64,000 nucleotides of DNA. It comes from Alphaproteobacteria bacterium. GTDB taxonomy: Bacteria; Pseudomonadota; Alphaproteobacteria; Bin95. Shown in pieces: positions 19,345 to 30,628 of this stretch (positions are counted from its first letter, which is position 1; the number at the start of each line of letters is the position of its first letter). A program made the position numbers and the translations under genes. The stretch spans positions 1,696,001 through 1,760,000 of the forward strand of contig CBDBGH010000003.1 of NCBI GenBank assembly GCA_965205265.1. Reading direction: 5' to 3'. Below the pieces are notes generated by a model. It was given only the letters and a program-made list of their open reading frames with translations, did no database searches and was not told the DNA's origin.

Positions 19345-20343
19345 TCACACCGCCGGTTGCTCGGCGCCGGGCACAAGATGGCAGGCGACCTGGTGGCCGG
19401 CTTCGACGAAGCGCATGGCCGGCTCCTCGACGCGGCAGCGCGCCTCGGCCAGCGGGCAGCGCGTGTGGAAGCGGCAGCCGGCCGGCGGGTTGATGGGGCT
19501 CGGAATGTCCCCCTTGAGGATGATGCGCTCGCGCTTGGCGCCGGGCTCCGGCACCGGCGCAGCGGAAAGAAGGGCGCGGGTATAGGGATGGCGGGGATCG
19601 GCAAACAGCGTTTCGCGGTCCGTCAGCTCGACGATCTTGCCGAGATACATGACCGCGACCCGGTGGCTGATATGCTCGACCACGGCAAGGTCGTGGCTGA
19701 TGAAGAGATAGGCGAGGTCGAACTCGTCCTGCAGGTCCATCAGCAGGTTCAGCACCTGGGCCTGGACCGAGACATCGAGCGCCGAGACAGGCTCGTCCGC
19801 AACGATCAGGCCGGGCTCCAGCGCCAGCGCCCGCGCCACGCCGAGCCGCTGGCGCTGGCCGCCGGAGAATTCATGCGGGTACTTGGCCATCTGGTCCGGC
19901 CGGAGTCCTACCCGGCCGAACAGCGCGCGCACGCGCTCCTCGATCTCCATGCGCGGGATTTCGCTGTAGTTCTCCAGCGGTTCGGCCACGATGCGCCGCG
20001 CCGAGAGCCGGGGGTTGAGCGAAGCATAGGGGTCCTGGAACACCATCTGCATCTGTCGGCGCAGCGTCCGCATCCGGGCGGCGCCCGCATGGGTCACATC
20101 CTCTCCGCGCACCAGGATTTCGCCCGAGGTAGGGTCGATCAGGCGCAGCACCGTCTTGCCGACCGTGGACTTGCCCGAACCGCTCTCGCCGACAAGGCCC
20201 AGCGTCTCGCCCCGGCGGATGTCGAAGCTGACACCATCGACCGCCAGCACCGACCCTACCCTGCGCCTCAGAAGCCCCGCATGGACCGGGAAATGCTTCT
20301 TGAGATCGCGCACCTCAAGCACGATATCGGCCTCGCCGTTCAT
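19345..20343 (-). CDS. Dipeptide/oligopeptide ABC ATPase (DppF-like)
   Basis: [35 protein letters not shown]. Confidence 0.92.
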   Translation of the reverse strand: MNGEADIVLEVRDLKKHFPVHAGLLRRRVGSVLAVDGVSFDIRRGETLGLVGESGSGKSTVGKTVLRLIDPTSGEILVRGEDVTHAGAARMRTLRRQMQMVFQDPYASLNPRLSARRIVAEPLENYSEIPRMEIEERVRALFGRVGLRPDQMAKYPHEFSGGQRQRLGVARALALEPGLIVADEPVSALDVSVQAQVLNLLMDLQDEFDLAYLFISHDLAVVEHISHRVAVMYLGKIVELTDRETLFADPRHPYTRALLSAAPVPEPGAKRERIILKGDIPSPINPPAGCRFHTRCPLAEARCRVEEPAMRFVEAGHQVACHLVPGAEQPAV

Positions 20344-21347
20344 GCCGCCCGCTCCGCCACGCGTTCCCACTCCCAGCATGCCACCAAGCGCTCCCCGTCC
20401 CGGCTTTCGAGCCCCGGCGTCTCGACCCGGCAGCGCTCCTGCGCGAAGGGGCAGCGCGGCGCGAAGGTGCAGCCCGGCATCTCCTGCCGGAGCGACGGCA
20501 CCACGCCCGGTATCTCGGCAAGGCGTCCCCGCCCGCCCGCGAGCGCCCGCGCGGCCAGCTTGGGGATCGAGCCCATGAGGCCGAGCGTGTAGGGATGCAG
20601 CGGCCGTGCGAAGAGGTCCGCCACCGCCGCCTCCTCCACCTTGCGCCCGGCATACATGACCACGACGCGCTGCGCGGTCTCGGCCACGACGCCTAGATCG
20701 TGGGTGATGAATACGATGGCGGCGCCGATCTGCTCTTTCAACTGGAGCATGAGGTCGAGGATCTGGGCCTGGATCGTGACATCGAGCGCGGTGGTCGGCT
20801 CGTCGGCAATCAGGATCGAGGGATTGCAGGCGAGCGCCATGGCGATCATCACCCGCTGGCGCATGCCGCCGGACAGCTGGTGGGGATATTCGCTGGCGCG
20901 GCGCCGGGGCTCCGGAATCTGCACGAGGTCCAGCATCTCCACCGCACGCTCGGCGGCGGCGCGGCGGCCGAGCCCCTGGTGCAGCTCCAGCGACTCCGCG
21001 ATCTGGCGGCCCACCGGCATGACAGGATTGAGCGAGGTCATCGGCTCCTGGAAGATCATGGAGATCTCGTTGCCGCGGATATCCCGCATCCGCTCCTCGG
21101 TCGCCTGCAACAGGTCCTCGCCGTCGAACAGGATGCGCCCCGCCTCGATCTTTGCGGGCGGGATCGGCAGCAGCCGCAACACCGACATCGCCGTTACGCT
21201 CTTGCCGCACCCGGACTCGCCGACGATGGAAAGCGTCTCGCCCCGGTCCACCCGGATCGAGACGCCGTCCACGGCCCGCACGATGCCGTCGCGGGTGTGG
21301 AAATGCGTCTTGAGGCCGTCGATTTCGAGGATTGCGCCGTTCGCCAT
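20340..21347 (-). CDS. Dipeptide/oligopeptide ABC ATPase (DppD-like)
   Basis: [25 protein letters not shown]. Confidence 0.92.
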   Translation of the reverse strand: MANGAILEIDGLKTHFHTRDGIVRAVDGVSIRVDRGETLSIVGESGCGKSVTAMSVLRLLPIPPAKIEAGRILFDGEDLLQATEERMRDIRGNEISMIFQEPMTSLNPVMPVGRQIAESLELHQGLGRRAAAERAVEMLDLVQIPEPRRRASEYPHQLSGGMRQRVMIAMALACNPSILIADEPTTALDVTIQAQILDLMLQLKEQIGAAIVFITHDLGVVAETAQRVVVMYAGRKVEEAAVADLFARPLHPYTLGLMGSIPKLAARALAGGRGRLAEIPGVVPSLRQEMPGCTFAPRCPFAQERCRVETPGLESRDGERLVACWEWERVAERAA

Positions 21348-21351
21348 CGGA

Positions 21352-22251
21352 TCACATCCGCCGGGCGATGCGGGGGTCGAGGGAGTCGCGCAACCCGTCC
21401 CCCAATATGTTCACCGCCAGCACGGTGACGGCGAGGAAGATGCCGGGGAAGAAGATCATCCAGGGCGCGAACTGGAAGTAGGTCCGCCCCTCGGCCATGA
21501 TGTTGCCCCAGCTCGGGATTTCGGGCGGCGTGCCGGCCCCGAGGAAGGACAGGATCGCCTCGATCACCACCGCCGACGCGCAGACATAGGTCGCCTGCAC
21601 GATCAGCGGCGCGAGCGTGTTCGGCAGGATGTGCTTCAGCAATATCTTGGGCAGCTTGGTCCCTACGGAGACGGCGGCCTCGACATAGGGCTGCTCGCGC
21701 ACCGTCAGCACGACGGCGCGGACAAGGCGCACGACGCGCGGAATTTCGGGAATCGAGATCGCGATGATGACATTCACGATGCTGGCGCCGGCCAGGCTGA
21801 TGAGCGCGATCGCGAGCAGCACGCCCGGTATGGCCATCAGGCCGTCCATGACCCGCATCACGACCGCATCGACCCAGCGGATATAGCCCGCAACCAGGCC
21901 GATGGAGAGCCCGATGACCGTGCTGATTACCGCCACGGCAAGCCCCACCATGAGCGAGATCTGGCCGCCATAGATGGTGCGCGCATAGACGTCGCGGCCG
22001 AGGAAGTCGGCGCCGAACCAGAAGGCTTCGCCCGGCGGCTTCAGCCGGTTGATCGGGTTCAGCCTGAGCGGGTCCGGGGCGATCAGGGGCGCCGCCACCG
22101 CCGCCAGTGCCATGAGGATCAGGATGCCCCCTCCGACGATTACCGTCGGGTGTCGGCGGGAATATTCCCGGAAGCGCGCCCAGGCGCCGGGGCGCGGACC
22201 CTCGTCCTCGACCTCGCCCGGAAACGCGGCGACCTGCGGCGCGTCGGCCAT
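21352..22251 (-). CDS. Peptide ABC permease (DppC-like)
   Basis: [18 protein letters not shown] loop, [17 protein letters not shown]. Confidence 0.9.
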   Translation of the reverse strand: MADAPQVAAFPGEVEDEGPRPGAWARFREYSRRHPTVIVGGGILILMALAAVAAPLIAPDPLRLNPINRLKPPGEAFWFGADFLGRDVYARTIYGGQISLMVGLAVAVISTVIGLSIGLVAGYIRWVDAVVMRVMDGLMAIPGVLLAIALISLAGASIVNVIIAISIPEIPRVVRLVRAVVLTVREQPYVEAAVSVGTKLPKILLKHILPNTLAPLIVQATYVCASAVVIEAILSFLGAGTPPEIPSWGNIMAEGRTYFQFAPWMIFFPGIFLAVTVLAVNILGDGLRDSLDPRIARRM

Positions 22252-23192
22252 CAGTAGCGGATCCTCGGGTCGAGAATAGTGTATGAGAGGTCGATGATGA
22301 GGTTCACGATCACATAGGCGCCCGAGAAGATCAGGATGACGCCCTGGATGATCGGATAGTCGCGCCTGAGCACGGCGTCGATGGTGAGCCGCCCGAGGCC
22401 CGGAATGTTGAACACGCTCTCCGTGACCACCACGCCGCCGATCAGCAACGCAATGCCGATGCCGATGATGGTGACAATGGGCACGGAGGCGTTGCGGAGC
22501 GCGTGACGGATGAGGAGCGCGTTGTTGTCGAGGCCCTTGGCCCGCGCGGTGCGCATGTAGTCCTCGGTCAGCACCTCCAGCATGCTCGCGCGGGTGATGC
22601 GGGCGATGAGCGCCACATAGATGATGCCGAGCGCGACCGTGGGCAGCGCGATGGAGCGCAGGAACGGCCAGAAGCCCTCGCCGATGGGCTTGTAGCCCTG
22701 CACCGGGAACCAGCCGAGCGTGATCGAGAAGAGCCACATCATGGCGTAGCCGATGACGAAGACCGGCACAGAGAAGCCCAGCACGGCGAAGACCATGATG
22801 ACCCGGTCCGTCATCGTGCCCGCGCGCCAGGCGGCGATCACGCCCATCGGCACGGCGACGAGGATGGCGAAGATGATGGTGGCGATGGCGAGCGCGAGCG
22901 TCGGCTCGAGCCGCTGGCCGATCAGCTTGGCGACCGGAAGGTTCGAGAAGATCGAGGTCCCAAGGTCGCCGGAGAGCAGCGCCCCTACCCAGCTGAAGAA
23001 CTGGATGTGCAGCGGCTCGTTCAGTCCGAGGTTCTCCCGGATTTTTTCGATGTCCTCAGGCCGCGCGTAATCGCCGGCGATGACGACGGCCGGGTCGCCG
23101 GGCGTCAGGTGCAGCAGCAGGAAGACGGCAATGCCCACGACCGCCATGACAGGCAGGGTCGCCAGCAGGCGGCGGGCGATATAGGCGTACAT
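22251..23192 (-). CDS. Peptide ABC permease (DppB-like)
   Basis: GDLGTS, YMRTARAKGL, PGLGRL, RDYPIIQG, LDPRIRY. Confidence 0.92.
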   Translation of the reverse strand: MYAYIARRLLATLPVMAVVGIAVFLLLHLTPGDPAVVIAGDYARPEDIEKIRENLGLNEPLHIQFFSWVGALLSGDLGTSIFSNLPVAKLIGQRLEPTLALAIATIIFAILVAVPMGVIAAWRAGTMTDRVIMVFAVLGFSVPVFVIGYAMMWLFSITLGWFPVQGYKPIGEGFWPFLRSIALPTVALGIIYVALIARITRASMLEVLTEDYMRTARAKGLDNNALLIRHALRNASVPIVTIIGIGIALLIGGVVVTESVFNIPGLGRLTIDAVLRRDYPIIQGVILIFSGAYVIVNLIIDLSYTILDPRIRY

Positions 23193-23214
23193 TCAGAACC
23201 GGTCCGAAAGAGGC

Positions 23215-23246
23215 GCCGCCGGGCGGAAGGGACTCCGCCCGGCGGC
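23215..23246. terminator. Intercistronic stem-loop after the substrate-binding protein gene
   Basis: 13-bp stem GCCGCCGGGCGGA/TCCGCCCGGCGGC with 6-nt loop. Confidence 0.6.
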
Positions 23247-23257
23247 TCCGGGACCCG

Positions 23258-24865
23258 TCATCCGGCGTCCTTGGAGATGTTCCAGAAGAACGGCACCGGC
23301 GAGACCAGCACGCCCTTCAGGCCCTTTCGCCAGGCAACCGGCTGGAACCACTGGCCGTAGTTCACATAGGGCACCAGATGGCTGAAGAGGCGGCCCTGCA
23401 GCTTGTCGATGATCGCCTTCTTGCCCATCGGATCCGCTTCCCGGGCGAACATGTCGCGCAGTTCCTCGGTCTCCGCATCCGTCGGCCAGCCGAACCAGGC
23501 CCTTTCGACGCCGCCGCCCGACACGCCGATATTGGCGATGGGCGAGGTGGCGTCAGCGCCGGTCGCATAGGTGTGGAAGATGTTCCAGCCGCCGTCGGCC
23601 GGGCTCTTCTTCTCTGCGCGCCGGGAGGTCAGCGTGGACCAGTCCATCGCCTGCACTTCCACATCCATGCCGATGTCGCGCAGCACCTGCGCCGTCACCA
23701 GCGCGGCGTTGTTCAGCACCGGAATGTCGGTGGACTGCATCAGGATGATCTTCTCGCCCTTGTAACCGGCCTCCGCCAGAAGCTGCTTGGCCTTCTCCGG
23801 GTCATGCGACTGGAGCGCCTCGACGCCGACATCGGACTCGTTCGGCGTGCCGCAGATGAAATAGGCGGCGCATTCCTTGTAGAGCTTCGGATCTCCGACG
23901 ATGGCCTGCAGATACACCTCCTGATCGACGGCGTAGAGCAGCGCCTGGCGCGCCTTCGGGTTGTCGAAGGGTGGGTGCAGGTGGTTCGGCCGGAGCCAGC
24001 CCTGTGTGCCCAGCGGGTCGATCACGGCGAGCTCGATATTGTCGTTCTGCTCCAGCAGCGGCACCATATCGACGGCCGGCGTCTCCCAGAGATCGACCTC
24101 CCCGTTGATGAGCGCGTTCATCGCCGTCGCCGGATCGGGAATGTAGATCCACTCGACCCGGTCGAAATGCACGACCTTGCCGCCGGCGGCGCCCGAAGCG
24201 GGCTCGCTGCGCGGCACATAGTCCTCGTTCTTGACATAGACGACCTTGGCGCCCGGCACCCACTCCTCCTTCACGAACCGGAACGGGCCGGAGCCGACCA
24301 CTTCCGGAACCTGCTGGTTCGGGTCGGTCTCGGCGTGCTCCTTCTTCATCATGAAGGGGGTGTTGGAGCTGATCTTGCCGATGGAATCGAGAACGAGGCC
24401 GTAAGGCTCGTTCAGCGTGAGCGTGAAGGTCTTGTCGTCGACCGCCTTCAACTCCTTGGTGAAGTCCATGAGCTTCTGGCCCATGCCGTCCTTCTGGCCC
24501 CAGCGCTTGATCGAAGCCACGCAGTCCTCGGCCTTCACCGGGTCGCCGTCATGCCATTTGAGGCCGTCGCGCAAGGTGAAGGTATAGACGAGGCCGTCAT
24601 CGCTGACGGAATGCTCGCCCACCATCTGCGGGTGGATGTTCAGCTTGTCGTCCTGGGCGAAAAGCGTGTCATACACCATGTAGCCGTGGTTGCGGGTGAT
24701 GTAGGCCGTGGTCCAGATCGGATCCAGGTTCTTCAGGTCGGCATGCGGCACGATGCGCAGCACCGACTCCGCCGATGCCGGCCCCATGCCGAGGCCGAGC
24801 GCCATCGGCGCCGCAGCCAGCGCGGCAAGCGCTGCGCGCCGCGTCGCGGTCAAAAATCGTGGCAT
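23258..24865 (-). CDS. Peptide/nickel family 5 ABC substrate-binding protein
   Basis: Signal peptide, LDPIWTTAYITRNHG, YTFTLRDGLKWHDG, GSGPF. Confidence 0.92.
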   Translation of the reverse strand: MPRFLTATRRAALAALAAAPMALGLGMGPASAESVLRIVPHADLKNLDPIWTTAYITRNHGYMVYDTLFAQDDKLNIHPQMVGEHSVSDDGLVYTFTLRDGLKWHDGDPVKAEDCVASIKRWGQKDGMGQKLMDFTKELKAVDDKTFTLTLNEPYGLVLDSIGKISSNTPFMMKKEHAETDPNQQVPEVVGSGPFRFVKEEWVPGAKVVYVKNEDYVPRSEPASGAAGGKVVHFDRVEWIYIPDPATAMNALINGEVDLWETPAVDMVPLLEQNDNIELAVIDPLGTQGWLRPNHLHPPFDNPKARQALLYAVDQEVYLQAIVGDPKLYKECAAYFICGTPNESDVGVEALQSHDPEKAKQLLAEAGYKGEKIILMQSTDIPVLNNAALVTAQVLRDIGMDVEVQAMDWSTLTSRRAEKKSPADGGWNIFHTYATGADATSPIANIGVSGGGVERAWFGWPTDAETEELRDMFAREADPMGKKAIIDKLQGRLFSHLVPYVNYGQWFQPVAWRKGLKGVLVSPVPFFWNISKDAG

Positions 24866-25046
24866 GTTCGCTTGTCCTCCTCTTGACTCCCGAATCGGCC
24901 GCACAGCGTCGCTGCCGAGCCGGCCGATCGGCAATGCAAGCACGGTTGCGCGCGCTTGTCACCTTCGCCGGCGGACACCTCGTAGGCGCAATGTCGCGGG
25001 CGGGCGACATTGCGCGACGCGGCGGCTTCTTTATGGTCCCCCGTCC

Positions 25047-26684
25047 ATGACCGACAGTTTCGACTATGTGATCGTCGGCTCGGGCACGGCCGGGTCCGTG
25101 CTGGCCGCGCGGCTGGCCGCAGGCGGCATCCATTCCGTCTGCGTGCTGGAGGCCGGGCCGCCGGACCGCCACCCTTTCATCCACATACCGGCCGGCTTCA
25201 TGAAGACGCTGACCGACCCGGCCGTGAACTGGCTCTATTCCACCGAGCCGAGCGAATGGACTGGCGGCCGGCGCATCCTTGCCGCGCGCGGCAAGACGCT
25301 CGGCGGCTCCAGTTCGATCAACGGCCACATCTACAATCGCGGCCAGCGGCTCGACTATGACGGCTGGGCGCAACTCGGCAACCGCGGCTGGGGCTATGCC
25401 GACGTGCTGCCCTATTTCAAGCGTAGCGAAAGGCGTGTCGGCGAGGGCGACGACACCTTCCGCGGCCGCGAAGGCAGCCTGGTCGTGACCGACAACCCCT
25501 ACCGCCACCCGCTCTGCGAGGCGTTCATCGAAGGCGCAGTCGGGCTCGGCATCCCCCGCAACCCGGACTACAACGGCGCCGACCAGGACGGCGTCGGCTA
25601 TTTCCAGCGCGCGATCCACAACGGCCGGCGGGTGAGCGCGGCGCGGGGCTTCCTGCATCCGGCCATGCGCAAGCGCGGCAACCTGCTGGACGTGCGCACC
25701 CGCGCCCATGCAACGCGCATCCTGTTCGAGGGCAAGCGCGCAGTGGGCGTGCGCTACCGCACGGACGGCAACCCCTATGAGGTGCGCGCGCGCCGCGAGG
25801 TCATCCTCTGCGGCGGCACGGTCAATTCGCCCCAATTGCTGCAGGTCTCCGGCGTCGGCCCGCCCGAATTGCTGGGCCGCTTCGGCATACCCGTGCTCCA
25901 TGCGCTGCCCGGCGTCGGCGAGAACCTGCACGACCACTACGCCGTTAGGATCGTCGCGCGGGTCAGGGACATGGAGACGATCAACCAGCGCGTCCGGGGG
26001 CCCGCCTTCCTGGCGGAAGCCGCCCGCTACTTCGCCGGCGGCCCGAGCGTGCTCGGACTCTCGCCGTCGCTCGTGCATGTGTTCTGGAAATCCGACCCGT
26101 CGCTCGACAAGGGCGACCTCCAGATGACCTTCACGCCCGCCAGCTACAAGGAAGGCGTGCAGGCCGCGCTCGACGACTATCCCGCCATGACGATCGCGCC
26201 CTGGCAGCAGCGGCCGGAAAGCCGGGGCCATATCCGCATTACCTCCGCCGACCCCCTGGCGCCGCCCGAAATCCAGCCCAACTACCTGGCGCACGAGATG
26301 GACCGGCAGGTGCTGCTGGCCGGCCTCCGCCTCGCGCGGCGCCTGCTGCGCACGCCGGAACTCGCGCCCTACAACGCCGGCGAGGAGTATCCGGGGGACG
26401 GGGTCGAGAGCGATGACGAGTGGCTCGATGTCGCCCGCCGGCGCGGCACGACCACCTTCCACCTGGTCGGGAGCTGCCATATGGGGCCGGAGGCGGACCC
26501 GCTCGCCGTCGTGGACGACCGGCTGCGGGTCCGCGGGCTGGACGGCCTCAGGGTCGCCGACGCCTCCATCGTCCCGCGCATGCCGTCGGCCAATACCAAC
26601 GCCGCCGCCTTCATGATCGCGGAGAAGGCGGCCGACATGATCCTCGACCGGCCGGCCCCCGCGCCCGTCACCCTTCCCGACTAG
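25047..26684 (+). CDS. GMC oxidoreductase (choline dehydrogenase-like)
   Basis: GSGTAG, GKTLGGSSSING, GVGENLHDH, GLRVADASIVP, NTNA. Confidence 0.92.
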   Translation: MTDSFDYVIVGSGTAGSVLAARLAAGGIHSVCVLEAGPPDRHPFIHIPAGFMKTLTDPAVNWLYSTEPSEWTGGRRILAARGKTLGGSSSINGHIYNRGQRLDYDGWAQLGNRGWGYADVLPYFKRSERRVGEGDDTFRGREGSLVVTDNPYRHPLCEAFIEGAVGLGIPRNPDYNGADQDGVGYFQRAIHNGRRVSAARGFLHPAMRKRGNLLDVRTRAHATRILFEGKRAVGVRYRTDGNPYEVRARREVILCGGTVNSPQLLQVSGVGPPELLGRFGIPVLHALPGVGENLHDHYAVRIVARVRDMETINQRVRGPAFLAEAARYFAGGPSVLGLSPSLVHVFWKSDPSLDKGDLQMTFTPASYKEGVQAALDDYPAMTIAPWQQRPESRGHIRITSADPLAPPEIQPNYLAHEMDRQVLLAGLRLARRLLRTPELAPYNAGEEYPGDGVESDDEWLDVARRRGTTTFHLVGSCHMGPEADPLAVVDDRLRVRGLDGLRVADASIVPRMPSANTNAAAFMIAEKAADMILDRPAPAPVTLPD

Positions 26685-26702
26685 ACAGGACAAGCCCCGA
26701 CC

Positions 26703-28067
26703 GTGGCCGCAGCCGACCTCCTGCCGCTGTTCATGTTTGCGGCGCTCGCCGCCTTCCTGTTCACCGGATTCCCCGTAGCCTTCGGGCTCGCCGGCCTGAC
26801 GATCCTGTTCGGCATCGTCGGCAACCTGATGGGCGTGTTCCAGTACATCGAGTTCACCAACATGGTGTACCGCATCTGGGGCGGCGTCGCGGAGAACCTG
26901 GTGCTGACGGCCGTGCCGACCTTCGTCTTCATGGGCGTGATGATGGAGCGGAGCGGCATCGCGCAGGACCTGCTCTACTGCCTCCAGGTGCTGCTGAAGC
27001 GCGTTCCCGGCGGCCTCGCGCTCTCGGTCACCGTGATGGGCACCATCATGGCGGCGATGACCGGCATCATCGGCGCCTCCGTCACCTTGATGAGCGTGCT
27101 CGCCCTGCCCCACATGCTGAAGGCGAAATACGACCACGCGCTCGCCTGCGGCACGATCTGCGCCGCCGGCACGCTCGGCATCCTCATTCCACCTTCGATC
27201 CTGCTGGTCATCATGGGCGACCTGATGGCGGTCTCGGTCGGCAACCTCTTCCTGGCCGCCCTTTTCCCCGGCCTGCTGCTCTCCGGCCTCTATTTCGTCT
27301 ATATCTCGTCCTATTCGGCTATCCGCCCGCAGGTGGCGCCGCCCCTGGACGACCTGGATACGCCGCAGACGGTCCCCGCCTATGCGGGCATGCTGCTCAA
27401 GGGCTTCATCCCGCCGGCGGTACTCATCCTGATGATAAAGGTCGCGATCTTCGGCGGCTGGGCGACGCCGACCGAGGGCGGCGCGGTCGGCGCTTTCGGC
27501 GCAACCCTGCTCGCGCTTGCCAACGGGCGCCTCACGCTCGACCTGATGAAGGACTGCTGCGACCGCACGGCGCTCACCGTCGCGATGATCTTCTTCGTCT
27601 TCGTCGGCGCCACCGGCTTCTCCTACGTCTTCCGCTCGCTCGGCGGCGACGAGGTGGTGGACCATCTCATCCTCTCGGTCGGGCTGGGGAACTGGGGCCT
27701 GCTGATCGTGCTCATGGCGATCGTGTTCGTGCTGGGCTTCTTCCTTGACTGGGTCGAGATCACGCTGATCGTGCTGCCGGTGTTCCTGCCCATCGTCGAC
27801 ATGCTGACCTTCGGCGCGCACGTGCCGGACCACGAGGTCGTTTACTGGTTCGCCATCCTGATTGCGGTCAATCTCCAGACCTCCTTCCTGACGCCCCCCT
27901 TCGGCTTTGCGCTCTTCTACATGAAGGGCGTGGCGCCGCCCGAGGTGAAGCTGACGGCGATCTACCGGGGCATCGTGCCCTTCGTGATCCTGCAGGTGAT
28001 CGGCCTCGCGACCGTGATCGCATGGCCCGATATCGCGCTCTGGCTGCCCCGCCAATTGTTGGACTGA
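26703..28067 (+). CDS. TRAP transporter large permease (DctM)
   Basis: [28 protein letters not shown]. Confidence 0.9.
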   Translation: MAAADLLPLFMFAALAAFLFTGFPVAFGLAGLTILFGIVGNLMGVFQYIEFTNMVYRIWGGVAENLVLTAVPTFVFMGVMMERSGIAQDLLYCLQVLLKRVPGGLALSVTVMGTIMAAMTGIIGASVTLMSVLALPHMLKAKYDHALACGTICAAGTLGILIPPSILLVIMGDLMAVSVGNLFLAALFPGLLLSGLYFVYISSYSAIRPQVAPPLDDLDTPQTVPAYAGMLLKGFIPPAVLILMIKVAIFGGWATPTEGGAVGAFGATLLALANGRLTLDLMKDCCDRTALTVAMIFFVFVGATGFSYVFRSLGGDEVVDHLILSVGLGNWGLLIVLMAIVFVLGFFLDWVEITLIVLPVFLPIVDMLTFGAHVPDHEVVYWFAILIAVNLQTSFLTPPFGFALFYMKGVAPPEVKLTAIYRGIVPFVILQVIGLATVIAWPDIALWLPRQLLD

Positions 28068-28107
28068 CCGCTTGCCCCCGCCGGCCCGTTCGGGCGACAC
28101 TGGAGCC

Positions 28108-29196
28108 ATGAACGACGCTCCGGACTCCGGCGAACCCGGCGGCGGACCGGCGGTCCGCCCGGAATGGGAGGCCACGGCGCCGACCCGCCGGGAGACGGTG
28201 CCAGCGCTTGAGGAAATTCTGGGTAAAGAGTTCAAGGTGCTGGACCCCGGCCCCAAACACGGTCCCGGCCCCCACCCCAGCCCCGGCTTTGTGCGCGTCG
28301 TGGACTATATGGGGGGCGATGACGCCATCGTGCAGGCCGCGCGCGTCTCCTACGGCAAAGGAACCAAGCGCCGTTCGACCGACGCCGCGCTTATCCGCTA
28401 CCTGCTGCGCCACCGGCACACTACGCCCTTCGAGATGTGCGAGATCAAGCTGCACATCAAGCTGCCGATCTTCGTCGCCCGGCAATGGATCCGCCACCGC
28501 ACAGCAAATGTGAATGAATACTCAGCCAGATATTCGAAGATGGACCCGGAGTATTACATTCCGGAGCCCGAACGCCTGAAATCCGTGCTGGACGAGCAAA
28601 AGCGGAGCCGCCGTGAGCGAGAAGCTCAACTGGACCTGTTCGCGCCGCCGCGCCAACAGCCGGCCCTGTCGCTGACGGCCCAGTCAACTTCCAACAAGCA
28701 GGGCCGGGAAGGCCAGCTGACCGATGCCGAGGTCCACGATTCCCTTTCGCGGCTCAACTGGGTGTCCACCCGCGCCTACGGTGTTTACCGCAACTTGCTG
28801 AACGAAGACGAAGACGGCGCAAAGATACGGGAGGATCGGGCAGGCATCGCGCGCGAACTCGCCCGGTCCGTCCTGCCGGTCAACTATTACACCCAGTTCT
28901 ACTGGAAGTGCGACCTTCACAACCTGATGCATTTCCTTTCGCTCCGCGCCGACAGCCACGCGCAATATGAAATCCGCGCCTATGCCGACCTCATTCTCGA
29001 CGAGATCGTGAAGCGCTGGGTGCCGGTGACATACCAGGCCTTTCAGGACTATGTGCATCGTGCGGAGTTTCTTTCGGCCGGTGCTCTCGCAGTTGTGCGG
29101 CGCAAGTTGGCGGACGAACAGGTCACACAGGACAACAGCGGCCTCTCCCCGCGCGAGTGGGACGAACTGGAGGCCATTCTGAACAGGAAGCCGTAG
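28108..29196 (+). CDS. thyX: FAD-dependent thymidylate synthase with two insertions
   Basis: [28 protein letters not shown] (RHRx7S motif), ARELAR, HAQYEIR. Confidence 0.95.
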   Translation: MNDAPDSGEPGGGPAVRPEWEATAPTRRETVPALEEILGKEFKVLDPGPKHGPGPHPSPGFVRVVDYMGGDDAIVQAARVSYGKGTKRRSTDAALIRYLLRHRHTTPFEMCEIKLHIKLPIFVARQWIRHRTANVNEYSARYSKMDPEYYIPEPERLKSVLDEQKRSRREREAQLDLFAPPRQQPALSLTAQSTSNKQGREGQLTDAEVHDSLSRLNWVSTRAYGVYRNLLNEDEDGAKIREDRAGIARELARSVLPVNYYTQFYWKCDLHNLMHFLSLRADSHAQYEIRAYADLILDEIVKRWVPVTYQAFQDYVHRAEFLSAGALAVVRRKLADEQVTQDNSGLSPREWDELEAILNRKP

Positions 29197-29224
29197 CGTC
29201 CGGCCTCAACTCCTGGAGAAAGCA

Positions 29225-29635
29225 ATGAAAATCGAGCTCCATCACATCAATGTCTGCACGAAGAACGTGCCCGGGCTGGACGAGTTCTACCGCTCGGTCT
29301 TCGGCATGGAGACCATGGAGGGCCGCGAGGGCAACCGGGACCTGAAAGGGGGCTATTCCGGCGGCGTCTCCTTCCTGACCGACGGGCGCACCGAATTCCA
29401 CCTCGCCACGCAGGACCTGGGCGTCGGCCACCGCATGGGCCACGCCGTCAACCCGCTGGAGCGCGGCCACATCGCCTTCCGCACGGACGATATCGAGGCA
29501 GTCAAGCAGCGCCTGACCGACCTCGGCATTCCCTTCTCGGACTATGGCGCCTGGGCCATGGGCGGCTGGTACCAGATCTTCTTCCAGGACCCCGAAGGCA
29601 CGATCATCGAGATCCATCAGCCCGGCTACGAATAA
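29225..29635 (+). CDS. VOC/glyoxalase family protein
   Basis: LHHINV, GHIAF, QIFFQDPEGTIIE. Confidence 0.85.
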   Translation: MKIELHHINVCTKNVPGLDEFYRSVFGMETMEGREGNRDLKGGYSGGVSFLTDGRTEFHLATQDLGVGHRMGHAVNPLERGHIAFRTDDIEAVKQRLTDLGIPFSDYGAWAMGGWYQIFFQDPEGTIIEIHQPGYE

Positions 29636-29683
29636 CGGCCGCCGGGCTATACTGCCTCCGCCTTCACACGGGATATCCACATC

Positions 29684-30628
29684 ATGCAGTTTCGCAATCT
29701 GGGCCGTTCCGGCCTGCAGGTTTCGCTCGTCGGCGTCGGCTGCAACAATTTCGGCCAACGCCTCGACCAGGCCGGCACCGACGCCGTCGTCCATGCCGCG
29801 CTCGACGCCGGCATCACGCTGTTCGACACCGCCGACATCTACGGAGGGCGGGGCAAGTCCGAAGAATTTCTCGGCAAGTCGCTCGGCGCGCGCCGCAAGG
29901 ACATCGTGCTCGCCAGCAAATTCGGGATGCGCATGGCCGACGGGCCCTACGGCATCGGCGCGGCGCGCTTCTACATCATGCATGCGGTCGAGGCGAGCCT
30001 CAGGCGGCTCGGCACGGACTGGATCGACCTCTACCAACTCCACCAGCCCGACCCGCTGACTCCCATCGAGGAGACGCTGCGCGCACTCGACGACCTGATC
30101 CGCCAGGGCAAGGTGCGCTATATCGGCCACTCCAATTTCTCCGCCTGGCAGACGGTCGAGGCGGAGCTGACCGCGGAGATGCACGGCCTCAATGCCTTCG
30201 TCTCCGCGCAGGACGAATACAGCCTCGCCATGCGCGGCCTGGAAGATGACCGTCTGGCGATGATGGAGAAATACGACCTCGGGCTCCTGCCCTTCTTCCC
30301 GCTCGCGAGCGGCCTGTTGACCGGAAAGCATGGCGACAAGCCGCTCGCCGGCACGCGCATGGCCGACAGCAGCCGCTTCATCGACCGCTACTGGACCGAC
30401 GCCAATCTCGCCATGGTGCGCGAACTCACCGCCTTCGCCCGGGAGCGCGGCCGGACCATGCTGGACCTCGCCATGTCGTGGCTGGCGGCCCGCCCGCAGG
30501 TCTCCAGCGTCATCGCCGGCGCCATGTCGCCCGAGCAGATCAGGTCCAATGCGGTCGCCTGCGACTGGACGATGAGCGCGGAAGAACTCGCGGCCATCGA
30601 CGAAATCTGGACCCGCACCCACTCATGA
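29684..30628 (+). CDS. Aldo/keto reductase
   Basis: LGRSGLQVS, FDTADIYG, IDLYQLHQPD, GKVRYIG. Confidence 0.92.
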   Translation: MQFRNLGRSGLQVSLVGVGCNNFGQRLDQAGTDAVVHAALDAGITLFDTADIYGGRGKSEEFLGKSLGARRKDIVLASKFGMRMADGPYGIGAARFYIMHAVEASLRRLGTDWIDLYQLHQPDPLTPIEETLRALDDLIRQGKVRYIGHSNFSAWQTVEAELTAEMHGLNAFVSAQDEYSLAMRGLEDDRLAMMEKYDLGLLPFFPLASGLLTGKHGDKPLAGTRMADSSRFIDRYWTDANLAMVRELTAFARERGRTMLDLAMSWLAARPQVSSVIAGAMSPEQIRSNAVACDWTMSAEELAAIDEIWTRTHS

